DNA of 62,061 nucleotides from positions 10,677,506 to 10,739,566 of the forward strand of contig JARDVH010000150.1 in the NCBI GenBank assembly GCA_030324005.1, in the 5' to 3' direction. This document shows, in pieces, positions 24,809 to 39,265 of this stretch; the stretch's first letter is position 1; the number at the start of each line of letters is the position of its first letter. A program made the translations under genes and the position numbers. Source of the DNA: Negaprion brevirostris. Taxonomy: Eukaryota. The notes beneath the pieces were generated by a model. The model worked only from the letters and a program-made list of their open reading frames with translations. It ran no database searches and was not told the DNA's origin.

Positions 24809-26089
24809 CCCAAAGCTTCTCCGTCTGTAGTTGGACGCTGCAATAGGGCTGGCTTGTTCGGTAGTCAGGCCGATTTATCTCCTGGTTTTTCCCATGCCCT
24901 CATCGAGATCTGAAACCTCCGCCCTATAAACCCTCAAACCAATTCAGCTGCAAGCTAGCCAGGTGCCGGGCGTGTTCCCATTGTCCCTAACAGCGGAGTC
25001 ACCTCAGTTTTGGAATCTGTGGGATCTTGCTGTGCGACAAATCGACAGCTGCTTTTGCCAGCCTGGCAACACAAACCGTCACTCATTGGCCGCGAGCAGC
25101 GTCTGATTTGGGCGCTATGCAAATGCACTGATTGGTGTTTCAAAGAAACAAAGGGTGGGTTTGCGGTACAGAAAGCAAGCAACAAACAAACTGAGCTGGT
25201 CTTACTCTCTTACAGATTCTCAAGACGCAGGAGCATTCGGGAGGAAAGACTGGCGGTGTGTAGGTGAATCTTATCAGGTAGCTTTTAAACTGCGTATCAA
25301 TGTACTTTTTGACCAGTTGGGTGGATGACTTTTCCTAAGTCAGTGTAGTAACAGTATCTAAAGAGGGAGAGCCACTCTATACACTGTGAGCGACTGAAAC
25401 TTTCTTCACACATTCACGATCACACAGCCTATGTGCACCGAGTTACCCCCATTGACACAGACACTCTGTCCCAGTTCCCCAGTGGAAAGGAGCGGGGACA
25501 GTGGGATTCATTCCAAGAGCTGTCACAGGCACTGTCGGCCGAACGGCCTCCTTTTGTGCTATTTCGTCCACTCATTCTGCAATAATTGGGATGGAGGCGT
25601 GGAGAATTGGCCGTGATTTAAAAGGTATTGAGATGATTGGACTGAGTGGAGGAAGAACAATCTTCGGCCAGTGAAGATGTATACGAGTATTACTGAAATC
25701 TGTAATAATTTGCCCCATGGAGAATGTTTCGGGACAAGACTTTTTTGCAACTTGTCACACACCTGAGTTTCCAGCTACCTTTTTCTTCCTCAATGGGCTC
25801 CGAATGTCTGCACCTCCCCTCGTCCCCCCCACCCTTGCTCCAATTTGACTTCGGCATTTAACTGGATGACGCCCCAGGCGGAAGGCAGGGGCGGAGGTCC
25901 GACTGGAGGTTCTGCATCGCTACTAGGCGTGACATATGTCAAACCAACAGCCAGACTCCGGCAGCTGGACCTTAGTTTTTTTTAAAAATGACATCTGCAC
26001 AACGAGGTGAGGACCACCCCCTCCCACCTTTTTCTCACCGCTCCCCCGCCCTCCTCCAATTCCAATAGTTGCGTGGGTACAATACCGGT

Positions 26090-26770
26090 GTACATCGACA
26101 ATTTGCATCGAAAGAGCTGGAGGTCTCCTAAAGCGAGTGCCGAGGTAACGCAAAGGGGCGATGGGAGGGCAGCGGCGGGAACGGAAAATCCTACAGGATT
26201 CTGTGGGGGAAGTGGGGGGGGGAGTTGAGTGTCTTTAAGGCAGGAATAGATCGGTTCTTGATTAACAAAGGGCTCAGGGGTTTTGGGGAAAAGGCAGGAG
26301 AATGGGGATGAGAAAAATAACAGCCATGATTGAATGGAGGAGCAGACTCGATGGGCGGNNNNNNNNNNNNNNNNNNNNNNNNNNNNNNNNNNNNNNNNNN
26401 NNNNNNNNNNNNNNNNNNNNNNNNNNNNNNNNNNNNNNNNNNNNNNNNNNNNNNNNNNNNNNNNNNNNNNNNNNNNNNNNNNNNNNNNNNNNNNNNNNNN
26501 NNNNNNNNNNNNNNNNNNNNNNNNNNNNNNNNNNNNNNNNNNNNNNNNNNNNNNNNNNNNNNNNNNNNNNNNNNNNNNNNNNNNNNNNNNNNNNNNNNNN
26601 NNNNNNNNNNNNNNNNNNNNNNNNNNNNNNNCCTACTCACTTAGAATCACAGAATTCCTACAGTACAGAAAGAGGCCATTCGGCCCATCGAGTCTGCACC
26701 GATCACAATCCCATCTAGACCCTTCCCCGTAGCCCCACGTATTTATTCTGCTAATTCGCCCGACACTAAT
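26090..26770. mobile_element. CR1 3' end (+), gap and HE1 3' half (-)
   Basis: TTTAAGGCAGGAATAGATCGGTTCTTG..CAGCCATGATTGAATGG before the Ns, and a reverse HE1 tail at 26642-26770. Confidence 0.8.
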
Positions 26771-26879
26771 GTAAGGTGCCCGTGCACATATAATGTTTTA
26801 CAATACATAAACATAAAGTGCATATGCATATTTTATGTTCAGACATATTACGTCGTAATTTATGTACACCCATCCATAT

Positions 26880-27260
26880 ATAAGCCATGTTCTTACAAGG
26901 GCAGGCTAATTAGGCTGAGAATCCTGCCGCGAGCAACTCACCTCCTGACCCCCCAAAGTCTGTCCACCATCTACAAGATACAAGTCAAGAGTGCGATGGA
27001 ATACTCTCCACTTGTCTGGATGGGTGTGGCTCCAACAACACTCAAAAAGCTCAACATCATCTAGGACAAAGCAGCCTCGCTTGACTGGCACCCCATCCAC
27101 TAATTTAAACATTCAACTCCCTCCACCACTGGAACGCAGTGCCAGCAATGATTGTACTGAGGCAACTCGCCGAGGCTCCTGCGACTGCACCCTCCAAACC
27201 CATGACTTCTACGAGAAGATCAAGGGCACTAGACACATGGGAACACTGTCAACTGCAAGT
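26880..27260 (+). mobile_element. CR1/L2-group LINE 3' ORF fragment
   Basis: Encodes LSTIYKIQVKSAMEYSPLVWMGVAPTTLKKLNII, the same family as 845-1450. Confidence 0.75.
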
Positions 27261-27459
27261 CCCGTCACCCCCAGCCCATCTTCCTTACCAGCGCCAGCTC
27301 CGTGTCCAAAGTCTGCGAGGCAGTACAACGCCAAGATTTGAATAAAAAATCATTAAAACAAAGCTGGATAAATAAAGAAATAATGCTTGTCTGAGGTCAG
27401 GTGGGATTTTTGTTTCCTTCAGGAAGCTGTGGATTGTGAGATTAAGACTTTTAAAATGA

Positions 27460-27780
27460 TTTTATGAGGCAGGCTGGGCCGGCATTTATTGTCCATCCCT
27501 AATTGGCCTCGATATTTAAGGGACGTACAGTTACACCATAAAGCCATTGAATCCCCACAGTGCAGAAAGAGGCCATCCGGCCTATTGAGTCTGCCCCGAC
27601 TGTCACATGTAGGCCAAACCAAGGATGGCAGTTTTCCTTCCTTGAGAGCATTAGTGAACCAGATGGATTTTTACGGCAATTGACAACGGTTTGTGGTCAT
27701 CATTAGATTCTTAAGTCCAGATTTTTACTGAATTCAAATTTCACCTTTTGCCACGGTGGGATTCGAGCCTGGGATCTCTT
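27460..27780 (-). mobile_element. Second tRNA-derived SINE family (reverse copy)
   Basis: Reverse complement of 49034-49393, with an HE1 tail fragment inserted at about 27540-27595. Confidence 0.7.
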
Positions 27781-30067
27781 GTTAACCATTTTGTTCTCTA
27801 CACATCTCTATTCCCTTTCTGTTTCTGGCTATCCATCATTTTATCTGTCTACTTACCGCGGTACTATAAGCATTTGCTTATCCATCAGTACCCTGGGCCT
27901 CTGTCCTGTGACAACAGCAACGACACCACTGCTTCCCTGTACTGGTGCTGGTGAAGTCCAGTCCTAGGACTGAATGAGTTAGTCTAGGAGACGGTGAAAT
28001 GAGTGTAGGTTTCAATAACAGTGGCTCTGTAGGGGCGGTAGAGAGAGAGATTGAAAGTGAGTCAGCCACCTCTGTAGGCTTCGTGCTCACTGTTTAATGC
28101 TGTTTGATTTATTTTATCCGGAATCTCGGTTGAATTTCTGCCCAGTCTTTGTCGCATCCCGTCTTTTCCTCACCCACACCCGTCACAATTATGTCTAGGC
28201 CAGACACGTAAAGTACAATTTTTTCCCAAAAACAAATAAACAGGGTCAATATGTATTTCCGAGCGCGGAGACAATACAGAACCAAGTTCAGGCTGAATTT
28301 AAAATAACTCAGAATGATAAGGAGTTCAAAAGACGGAATGGTTTTAATTAAAACGATTGAAATGGTTTGATTCGGTGTCTTCTGCTCATCTAAATAAAAT
28401 ACCAAGAAGGTTAAGAAATGTGAGCTGAGTTCCCTTAGCACTGGGGAAATATTAAAGCTTTACAATTTAGTTAGTATTTAAGGAAAAACCTACGTTTATT
28501 AAAAGATCTATCCAGACACTGACGACATTTGCAGAATTAAGACTTTGTTCTGGGGAAATTAATTAAGGTGGGTCGAGAGTGTAAAACACGATTTTCCTTT
28601 CTTCGATGATGAAATTTCTCATGTTGATAGACTTAAAAACAAGGTTTTAATCTCGTTTCAAATCGTCCATAAACAGCGATTGTTAGGTGGATGCAGCCTT
28701 AAGCACAAATTCAGTCGAAATTCTTAAGAGGGGCCGAGGTGATAGTGTCTTATAGGGTAAATCGTTCTCAGGTATTCAGAGAATGTTATCTGTTAACATC
28801 TCCACAGTCTGTCTCTTTTTATCCACCTGCACCTCTCTATCTATCATTTCTCTGCTTAATCACTTTGTTCCCTTACAGTTTTATTCCTTCTTCTTTCTGG
28901 TCACCACTCTATTTGTCTATCTATTGTCATATTATATTCTCTAGTTATACCTACATGCATTTGCCTATCTATCTCTCCTCCACTTATTCATCTTTTCCCT
29001 GGCTGCACCACCCTCTCTGTTTGTCTGTCTGTCTATCTGTCTGTCTACCTATCTATCTATTCAGCTACCTAACTGCTCATGTTTCTCTCTCTCTGTATTT
29101 CCCCATTCTAACTGTACAGCTGTCTGCCTTCTCCAGATGTTCCTTTAATGCTGTATAGGTCTCCCTACTTTTCGGTATGTTAAGCTATCGCGTTCTTTTT
29201 ATGTGTAGATCTTTATGTGTAGTTCAAGATTTATTGGGAGGATTCTTTCTTTAGTCTGAAATATATGAAGATGCATGCAGTTCTATTACAACATAGGGTC
29301 CATCCGCCCTTTTCTTTGTATACTATAAAATTGTATAGTTTTATACGCGAACTCGCAGATTTGAATCCATGTAAGATTACGGAAGGTGTTATTTTGTGGT
29401 ACATTCGTGTTCAGAGAGTGATCGGCAATAATCCAATGGACGTGGGGTGGTCGGAGAGGTTGCTCTAATGGACTCGGAGTAACAAATAAACGGACAAGCG
29501 GAGTGTCTTTCGCAATCCCAACAAGTCTAGAACGCCAATCTTGCACCTCCAATCTTCGGGCTCTTAAAATCCAAGCCTGCCGTCAAATCATCATTTCCTC
29601 GTCTACTTGTTTTCCTTCCTACTCTTCCAACATTGACAATATCTCGCATATGGACCCTGTCTCCTTCTCCTTGTTTTATGATTTAAAAAAAAACAAGAAG
29701 TGATTTGTTGGTTAAAAATCGCTATCTCGGGCCAGCTGCCCACTGCCATCAACCCGTGCCTTTGCAAGATTGAGGCCAACAAATGAAAATAAATGGCGCG
29801 AAGATTAACCGCGCAATTTGTTTGTAGGCATAATGTTAAACTTTTTAAAAATGTACATTTGGTAACCAGGAAAAGATTTGTTCCTAATGGGGATTTTTAA
29901 ATGTAGTTTTGAGCGCAATAAATGGAGTGGGAACAGGGACAGAAGGGGAAAGAAAATATCCGATGGTCCACAGGTTAGTGCCAAGTTCTAGTAAATTGTA
30001 CGTGAATATTAGTGAATGATTATTACACACTGTTTATATAGGAATCGAAATACGCGGCTATACAAAT

Positions 30068-30310
30068 ATTTGATTTGATTTTTGACTTTGATTTATTATT
30101 GTCATGTGTATTAGTATACAGTGAAATGTATTGTTTCCTGCGCGCTATACCGACAAAGCATACCGTTCATAGAGAAGGAAAGGAGAGAGTGCAGAATGTA
30201 GTGTTAGAATCATAGTTAGGGTGTAGAGAAAGATCAATGTAATGCAAGGTAGATCCATTCAAAAGTCTGATGGCAGCAGGGAAGATGCTGTTCTTGAATC
30301 GGATGGTATA
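30068..30310 (-). mobile_element. Rex1/Babar LINE 3' end
   Basis: (GATTT)n tail plus TTATTATTGTCATGTGTATTAGTATACAGTGAA..., nearly identical to 43545-43790. Confidence 0.8.
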
Positions 30311-31134
30311 ACATTAAGCATCTGCTATATTTTATATATAAAATATTGCGTGTGGTATATTTGCAAAATATAGAGACAAATAGTTGATCAGAAAAACAGT
30401 CAGATGCTCAATTATACCACTCCGCCCCCCGCACCTCCCCTCCCGCCACTACATTTTTTAAGCGTTGTGCCTTCAGTGATTTGTCCAATGTAACTTTATT
30501 TAAAGTAGGGATTGCAGCATTTAAACAAGTGTGGTTAGGTTTTGTAGGTTGTTGGAAATAGGAACCCAACTTTAAACATCCCTTTTGGTCGCTATTGAAT
30601 CCGAAGTGTGTGGATTGGCTGCCAAGTCTCTATGGTTACTAAAATGAATATTTCTACATGTCCTGTGCGATATGAGAGACGCACAGAGGCGGTGTGCACG
30701 GAGAGCGATTCAAGGTTACTGCTTGCGAGGGTTAGACAGCAGTGAGATTTGGTGTATTCACAGACCATCCACTGCGTATATGGATTGTCTATGTGTGAGA
30801 ATTTGTATCTGATGTTACATTAAACATCGAATCTGTCAGCAGTGCTGAACATCACATTTTCCAAACATGGGTGATTAATGCCTGCAAGCGGGTGGGGTGG
30901 TGGGGGNNNNNNNNNNNNNNNNNNNNNNNNNNNNNNNNNNNNNNNNNNNNNNNNNNNNNNNNNNNNNNNNNNNNNNNNNNNNNNNNNNNNNNNNNNNNNN
31001 NNNNNNNNNNNNNNNNNNNNNGGAAGGAGTAATTGAGTTTATTTTATTTTTAGAAGTTTTATTTTTAACCAAATCATCTTGGCTGGGGCGAGTCGATGGT
31101 TTTGCATCAAAGGCACACCCATGTAAACGCCCAG

Positions 31135-31570
31135 GTACACACACACAGGTACAGCCACTGCAAACCTCAACATGTCACACTAATATATAGACAGTCCATC
31201 ACAGACACACACAATCTAACCGAATCACAACACACAAACACACGTAAACACATATACATACCACATCGCCACATAAATAAATACACAGAATGACAACATA
31301 CACATACACACGATCACAACATATACACAGTTACATAGAGAATCATAATACGCACACATATACAAAACACGCACACATACAGGATCACAAGACTTACGAT
31401 TATAATTTGTGCATTGAGCCTTATCATAAAAGCACAACACACATACACCCCCCCACACACACAAACCCACACATGTACACAATAACACACTTTTGCGCTG
31501 ACAATACACTGCATCTCTCACACACAACCACAGCGTATCTCTCCCAAGCGCACATATACAGTGTCACATA
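31135..31570. repeat. Degenerate (CA)-rich low-complexity tract
   Basis: Directly visible. A similar tract lies at 38275-38535. Confidence 0.85.
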
Positions 31571-34500
31571 GAGTCACCAGCACAATTCCCGCCTCCTCTC
31601 TCTTTCTCTCACATAAGAATTTCCGCCTTGCTCTGGTTTTCTGTTTTTATGTTAAACGATTATCAAGATGGTAAATGTAGCACAATCCTCTATGCAGTGA
31701 GAAGTAATCTTTCAGTAGCTATGTGTGGCTGATAAAGCACCTCCAGCTTTAACATTCTGAGACATCAGTGCAAAAGGGGAATCCATAAATATAAAGAATA
31801 GAAATTGCTGGGAAAACTCAGCAAGTAAATGAGCATCTGCGAGAGAAAGACCGTTTCACGCTTTCACATTTTGGGTCCTTCGTCATTTTGTTTTTCCAAA
31901 TTGAATTTTGTTCTACTAATGTCTATAGTTTTTTAAAAAATTGAATCTGAAATAATTTTATCCACGCGTGTGATTTATGTAATAGAAACCAAACTTGCTT
32001 TGAAAATGGTAAGAACAGTTGGATGTTAGAAGAGGGTTTAAGTACTCCAGTCTATGAGGAAGAGACTCTGATAGGTTCCATGCCACACTATGAAATGCCC
32101 GCTGCTGTGTGTGGTCAGTGCAATGCATTTGGACGGGATAATTAAAACAAAACATGTACAAATGGCTCCAGCCGTCCCCGCTAGACCCCCCCACCCCGCC
32201 CACTACTCAAATAAGGAACAATTGAAGAATTAAAGAGCAGACCCAGTAGAACGTGTGAAAGAGGACAGAGTAGCCTTCCCTCTCTCTCTCTCTACGTTTT
32301 TTCATCTTTCTATCTAACCTATTTAAAATTTTGTCCAGCTGTACATCCTCATTTAAACTAATTTTCCACATACAGAAACCATCCAAATTGACTCTGAGCT
32401 ACATCTGTTCATTCTAAACCATCTTTGGCCTGTTTTTGTCTCGTACATTTACTTGCATTGACTGGATGTGTCTGGATGTACACTCACATACCCTTTCCAC
32501 AGAGCCCTGGGTGTGCAGTCATGTACCCTTTTCACAGACGCCGCCTCCNNNNNNNNNNNNNNNNNNNNNNNNNNNNNNNNNNNNNNNNNNNNNNNNNNNN
32601 NNNNNNNNNNNNNNNNNNNNNNNNNNNNNNNNNNNNNNNNNNNNNNNNNCAGTTAGAATCACAACTTGGATTCTAGAACATAGAGTTAACATTGTTCGTA
32701 AACATATTGTCCACTATTAATAACACAGCGCAGTTTCCAGCGGGCGACATCCGCTGATACAACATTTCAACGTGAACTTCTCTCCTGATGACTAGAACAT
32801 ACAGTTCAAGGCAATCCGGCGTCCCATCAAACAATAGAGTGTCCGACTCCCACTTAAGGTATGTTTACTTTTGGATATCAATTTCTAGAAGCGTGCATGA
32901 GCCGAGTCTGTGGGTGCCTTCCTGGTGTTTAGGAAAAAATAAATTAAATTGCAAAAAAAAATCAGCAACGACCCTTCCTGTCCGATTTCAAGCTGTAACT
33001 CGGATATCTGTGCACTGTAGGGAAACATTGTATTACACACGACACCTGTACAATGTGGGCTAGAGTGACACTAATGCCCGGAAATAATTCTGTTTTCATC
33101 CAAAAGCTGAACGTAGCGACCCTTTTAAAAGAAGTATTCAGAAGCAGTTTATTTATGATTGGGGTGAGGGGTTCTTAATTGTTACAATTTCACTAGGAGG
33201 GAAGTCATGTAGCAATTGTTTCCATATCCTGTAGATGCTAGAGGGTACAAACATTGGGATATCTTCTGCTGTAGTCAGAGCACCGTTAAATGCAATATAA
33301 AAATATATTGTATTGTGATAGAAGTGACATATATAGACAGCTATAAATGGAAAGATGGAAAGAGAGATCCAACAGTTTAAATGCAACGTATGATTGAGAC
33401 CCATGTGTAAAACATTACATTACTGTAGATTAATGTTTCCCTCTCTCACATAACCCAATAGTCATGTAACAGTTTAAATACAACCATGCTTATATGGAAA
33501 GAATTGCTTTTAAACTGTTTCATAGATGATAGACAGACAGTCAGATAGATAGACATGTAGGTAGTTAGACAGACTACCTTTCGCTGTGATGAAACCGATT
33601 ATAAAGCAGGTGAATTATCTTCTAAGTCTACACTGTATGAGTGCGGAGCCAACATTTACTGGTTGCATGAAGATTTTGGAATAGAAATTCAACTCATTGT
33701 ACAAAAAAACTCATATAACTTCTCTCTGAAATTCGGTGCCTCTAAAATATGATTTAAAATTTTAATGTGTGTGTTTATGTGAGATGCATCATGAAGGCTC
33801 CTTTGCAAGATTTGATCTAAAATGTATGTACATTCAGTAAATGTAAAATAAGGTGTGTCAGTTAAGTGGATTTGCTTTCTATGAAGCTCTTTTCAGAGGA
33901 ACTATAAAACTATTTTATTTACTGAACTGGTAAAAAATCGAAGGTTGACAAATTACAGAAATTCCATTTTAAACATTTCTATCGCAAATAAAGATTGGGA
34001 TGGTGGGCCTCAGTTCGTGTTAACTAAGTTGCCAGTGCAAAATAATGAAGTTATTAAACGTGAAACAACCTAAGGGTGTGTTCTGAGCTTTAGAAGAAAG
34101 GCGGAATGAACAGGCGACCCAGTAAAGTTTGTGGCTGTTACTTGCAACAGGGAACAACCTCACTGAGCCTTTGTCGCAGTCCTTGGCCTTTCGATTTTCG
34201 ACCGTTGCCCATCCAAAACATTGCCTTTCTGTCTAGCAGAATTCTACAATATCTTTATATATTCATCTCTCAAATCTATCAATCTGCGAATCTTTCTAAC
34301 CATGAGTTACTTTACAAATCCATGAATCCATTTATAAATCTAGCTATGACCATCGCTCTCTCGAGCAGGGATCTATTTATCCGTATAAGCTTTATTTTAG
34401 ACTTTTTTTTAGCTGAAGCGTGGATTGAAAATAATATTCCAGTCGTGCCATGCTAATATTTTAATTTGACAAGTTACTTTTACAGAAACTATGTTTTCGG

Positions 34501-37500
34501 AAGAAAAGAGCTTTTAACTACCAAAGACGAGTCTCTCTCCCGCTTGGTTTTAACTTCGTTAATATTATTTTAATTTCTATCCTTATCCCTGTATCCTGCC
34601 TTTTTTTGTCTTCATTTTCTCTTTGTTGGTTTATCTAATAAATTTTGGGCAGCGGTTTAATTTTCCTGTACTCTGGTACATGCAGGTAATGGTATAGAAC
34701 ATTCTTTTTTAAATAAAATGAAAATTGTTAAGATCAGCCAAGGATTTGGTATCTTTATGAGNNNNNNNNNNNNNNNNNNNNNNNNNNNNNNNNNNNNNNN
34801 NNNNNNNNNNNNNNNNNNNNNNNNNNNNNNNNNNNNNNNNNNNNNNNNNNNNNNNNNNNNNTTTATGAGGTAGATATTGCACAGAGCTGGGGTTTTTACA
34901 AGGAGTGGATACCGCAAAAACCTGCTGAAATTCTTTGCCTGATTCAACTCTGGGGCGCCAACAGTGAATTCTTTCGATTGGTTCACAATCATAAATATAA
35001 TATACACTCTCAAGAAGCCAGGGCAGTCTAGTGCAAAGGCCTTAACAACACAATGTATTAGTTACTGGCGACAGAACAATGAACCATGTACAGTAATTTT
35101 CATTCTATCTACACATCCATTCTTACCTGCTAAAGATAATGCAGCAATTTCTGCTATTATTCTCTCAATCGTTGGGGTAAAATTCCTTACATTTATTTCA
35201 TTGCAACTCAGTCCTTCGGACTATTTGCGGTGATTTAGTGATTTTTTAAAATTCAGGCTCTAATCATTCAGGCACTGAATCCACTGCTTATTGCCAGGAA
35301 TGTCGCCAAATTGTACGTACCAGATGAAAACTTGTGGGGGTTGGGGGGGTGGTGGAGGGTGGGCATGTTCTGGCGGGTGAGGAAGATCTGGAGAAGGGCA
35401 CTGACAGGAGCTTAGAATACAATCTTGCCAAAGACTCGTATTTAAAAGGGATATTTCCTGAGTGATGTGCTTCGTGATAATAGCTCTGTTAAATTTACTT
35501 GTGATATTTTTAACACGCATTATATAGAAGAACTGGCAATGTGTTTATTTAACTGTTGGTAATAGTTTAGAATGTGATCTTTCCAATTCATAGGGACTGC
35601 ATTGGGCACCTTCAGAGTGACAAGTATCATTAACCTGGATTTTTCTTTTGCTGTTAAAATTATGGCAACGTGGGATTGCTGTTAAGAACTGGATACCAGG
35701 ACTATCCAGATTTAATTCCTTATGTCCGGGCGAAATATGTGGTTCTAATTATTATATAGAAACAGTCGTGGGAAAATGATCCTTTAATCAGGTAAACGGC
35801 TCTCTGTTGTAAAATTAAAACGGGAAGTGGGGTTGTGAGGGGTGGGAGTGGGGGGTAGGAGGCTGGGAGTGCGGTGGGATAGAGGGAGATCTAACAGTGG
35901 AGGACTGGGGAAGACAAGGCATAGTGTAGGCCTGGGCGAGCCCTGAGATCCTCAATGCAGAACAGTTCACAGAAAATCCATCGCCTCGCAAGGGATAAAT
36001 AGATAAAAGGTCCAGGCCCCGAGGAAGCACTCCTATTTTGTCTGTAGATATTGGGGCAATGGGAAAACAAAAGATTGCCGTTCGTCGGGATAAGCGTTCG
36101 AGAACTATTCGCTGAGCAGCAACCTTCCTCCCAACCCTGAGAGAAACCGGGGGGAAATTGTATTGTTAAATCTGGGGCAAAGTAACCGAGGTGTGCGATA
36201 TTTCGACACACGTCCCTCAACACTATAATGCTTATTTTACCGTCTCTGACTCTGAGGGGTATGTCGATGTGATCTTTATTTTGTTGGCTGGGTTGTGCAG
36301 TGTTGTGAATCAAGCTCAGTTAGAGTTTACAACTCTAATATGTGCTTAGTGTATAATATTGTCCTTTTAAATAATCCCCTCCTTAAAACAACCCTGTGAA
36401 ATCGAGACACGTCAAAAGAAAATATAATCACTGCTACGAATTACAAAATATATATCTTTATGTAAAGTCCTTAAGTAGGACATACCAAGTAAATTCAAAG
36501 ATATGATGATTAAATCTCACCCTTTCTGTCTCTGCTTTTAAATTGCACGTGTTTCCCGTTCTCCGTCTTGGCCCCAGTAAAGCTGGGCTGTATCCATGTT
36601 CTCCTTGGCTAATGCAAACATTTCTTTAACGTCCATTTCATCACCTCCCACCACCCCCCACCACCACCCCATCCCAATCCGGCATCCTCTGTTATTGCAT
36701 CCCCTGTGTGACAAGGATTAAGGTATAATCGTGAAAAAACTGAACTGTCCTGAGCGCATCTAGCGAACTTGGATTCATTGAAGCATCAAATGTCTCCTCG
36801 CATCTCTAAGCAAAAAATAAGACGTCGAATTATTTACCACCGCCCCCCACCACCGCCCCCGCCTTAAATAAGACAAACCGCACTATTTTTAAAGTTTACA
36901 CACAAAACTTTGTAAAAGCATGTTTTTTTTCTGAAAGAATCATTACTGGATGAGTGAGCCAATGTGGCTTGTCTGAATCTACACATACCAGTTTTTATTT
37001 TAACATCTCTGCAGTTTGCTAAATATACTTGTGTGCGCGTACTGCAGTTACATAAATATACCATTTTGTGTGTTTGAAATGCACAAAGGACTCTACATTC
37101 AGAGGGGATCGATATAAATATTACATAGAAACATTATACATACAGAATGGAAATAAAGAGAAAAGAATGCATTTATTTATTGCGTATTTTACAGGGCAAA
37201 GACGGGTTGTAATGACGAATACACCATAGAAGGAAGGATATTGTATTTTTAGACAATAGGGACCGCAATAACACGGGTACAGTATGAACCACCAGGCTTA
37301 GAATATGACTGTGAATAAAACGTACATTGGCAGCGATGCATAGACCTGAGTGCTGTATAGAAAGTAAAGAATAAAGCAAATCTCTAAAGCACAAGAGAGA
37401 GGCGTATCACTGTCGGCGTTAGGGACATATTCAATACATACTCTATATTTCCACATGAACACGTAAAAGGATAATTTATAATTGAGGTTTTAATTTTTAT

Positions 37501-39107
37501 ATAGAATAATAGAATAAATGCTTTGTAGAGAAGGCAGGTATATGTATTGTGACTGTATAAAGGAGATGTGAATTATTCTGCAGTAGATGTATAATCATTG
37601 TGTATCTAACGATAGTTATAGATATATGCATAGATGAACTGAGATAAAATATCGGGTTCCACTATATATGTAGGCGCAGGCTAGTTGAAGTAGATGCCCT
37701 TAAAATTCTAAATCAGTTGCAGATTGAGGGATATCCGGAGAATGCACTGATGTACCCAGTGCATTTTCTCTGGGCTCTCAGCCACCATTACCAGAAGCCC
37801 CTTCTCTCTCTCTCTCTGGGAAAGATCCGGCTTCATATACAATTCATTCTAACGTTGCTGTAGCTTTTAGTGATGTGAATATGTTTGGTTCTGTATAATC
37901 CGTTCATTCCATCCCATTGTATTCGGGCGTTCTATACACACGCTGAATAGAGCCAATATTGATTGTGTAAAGCGAAATAACTTCTTCTTTAAAAAATGGA
38001 CCCAATGTGCAGACTCGGAATTGGTTATTAGTGGAGGACTGTACCTTTAAAAAATTAGGCTCTCTCGCAGACTGGTAAGAGGATAGTCACTTTTACTTAG
38101 AGCACTGGTGATCGCAGTGTTTGTGATCTTAGAATAAAAGCTTGCTGCTTTAGGTGAATACAGAGCCAATCCAGGCAAAATTCAGACAAACTGTCAAGAA
38201 TTGCCCAGAATCTAGCTCCACCTCCAAATCCGAATTAAACCATTATTAGCACTTTTACCAAATGTTCCCCCATCTCACATACACATGTTTACATTCATAC
38301 ACACATACATACATCCCACATACATCCCATCTCATCACACACACACATGTTCACAACGACACACACATATACATACATCCCACACACACATCCCACCGCA
38401 TCTCACACACATAGGTCCAAATTCACACACACACATATCCCACACACATATCCCACACACACATCCCACCCCATCTCACGCACATATGCTCACATTCACA
38501 CACACATCCCACGCCACCTCACACACACATACACAACTCTATGGCAAAGCAGTTCTTCCTTCAGCCAGTATATACACCCAGTAATCCAGGTATGCAAAGC
38601 TCTCTGGAGACTTCCTGTCCTTGCTTGTGCTATGTATATTAATCCAGAGTGAGTTGTACATGGTGGGCATGGCTTTAGATGTAATGCGCTGCGTCGTTCA
38701 GTGAATAGTAACACCCACCACCCCCCAATCCTCCTCCCACCCCTTCCCCCTCGCCCCCCACCCCGTCACCCGATAGCTCCAAACCCCCACCCTCAACCGC
38801 CGATTGGCAAACTACTTTTCCGTATTGAAGTTTATCACGTGTACTTCAGGAATGATCAATATAAAATCTGAATGTATTAAGGAAAACATTGCAGCTGCAT
38901 TATTGTAAGCTGTATAGATCATGTATATAACAGAAATTTATTGCAGTAAAGATATGTGTGTGTATGCTATTTGTGTGTCTGTGTGTTTGGGTGTATGTAT
39001 GTGTCGGTATGCATGTGTGTATTTGTCAGTATGTTTGTGTGTGTATGTGTAAACACTGGTAGAGGGTGGAAGGGATTATCATTCTATATTCTGTGCAACA
39101 CCTCAAG

Positions 39108-39265
39108 ATAGAAGTTGGTACCGGGCGGCGGTACAAAACGGGCGATATTGGCTTGGCCTCCGGTTACACACAGAGCCTGGTATTCAGTTTTATTGCGGCC
39201 GGTTAATATCAGGCGCCGCAGAGCCGATTCGATATAGTCCATTTAGTGCCTCCGCCTTTATCTCC
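39108..39265. mobile_element. Degenerate palindromic element (MITE-like)
   Basis: 39124-39150 matches the reverse complement of 39230-39256 at 20/27 positions. Inner inverted pair GCCTGGTATTCA/TTAATATCAGGC. Confidence 0.6.

Noticed and set aside
32786-32815. CTGATGA followed by a small stem (hammerhead-like)
   Set aside because: The second core box is GCAA rather than GAAA, and no helices I/III are evident.
34520-34527. ACCAAAGA miR-9 seed-match sites (also at about 41553)
   Set aside because: 8-mers are expected by chance in 62 kb, and there is no evidence they lie in an exon.
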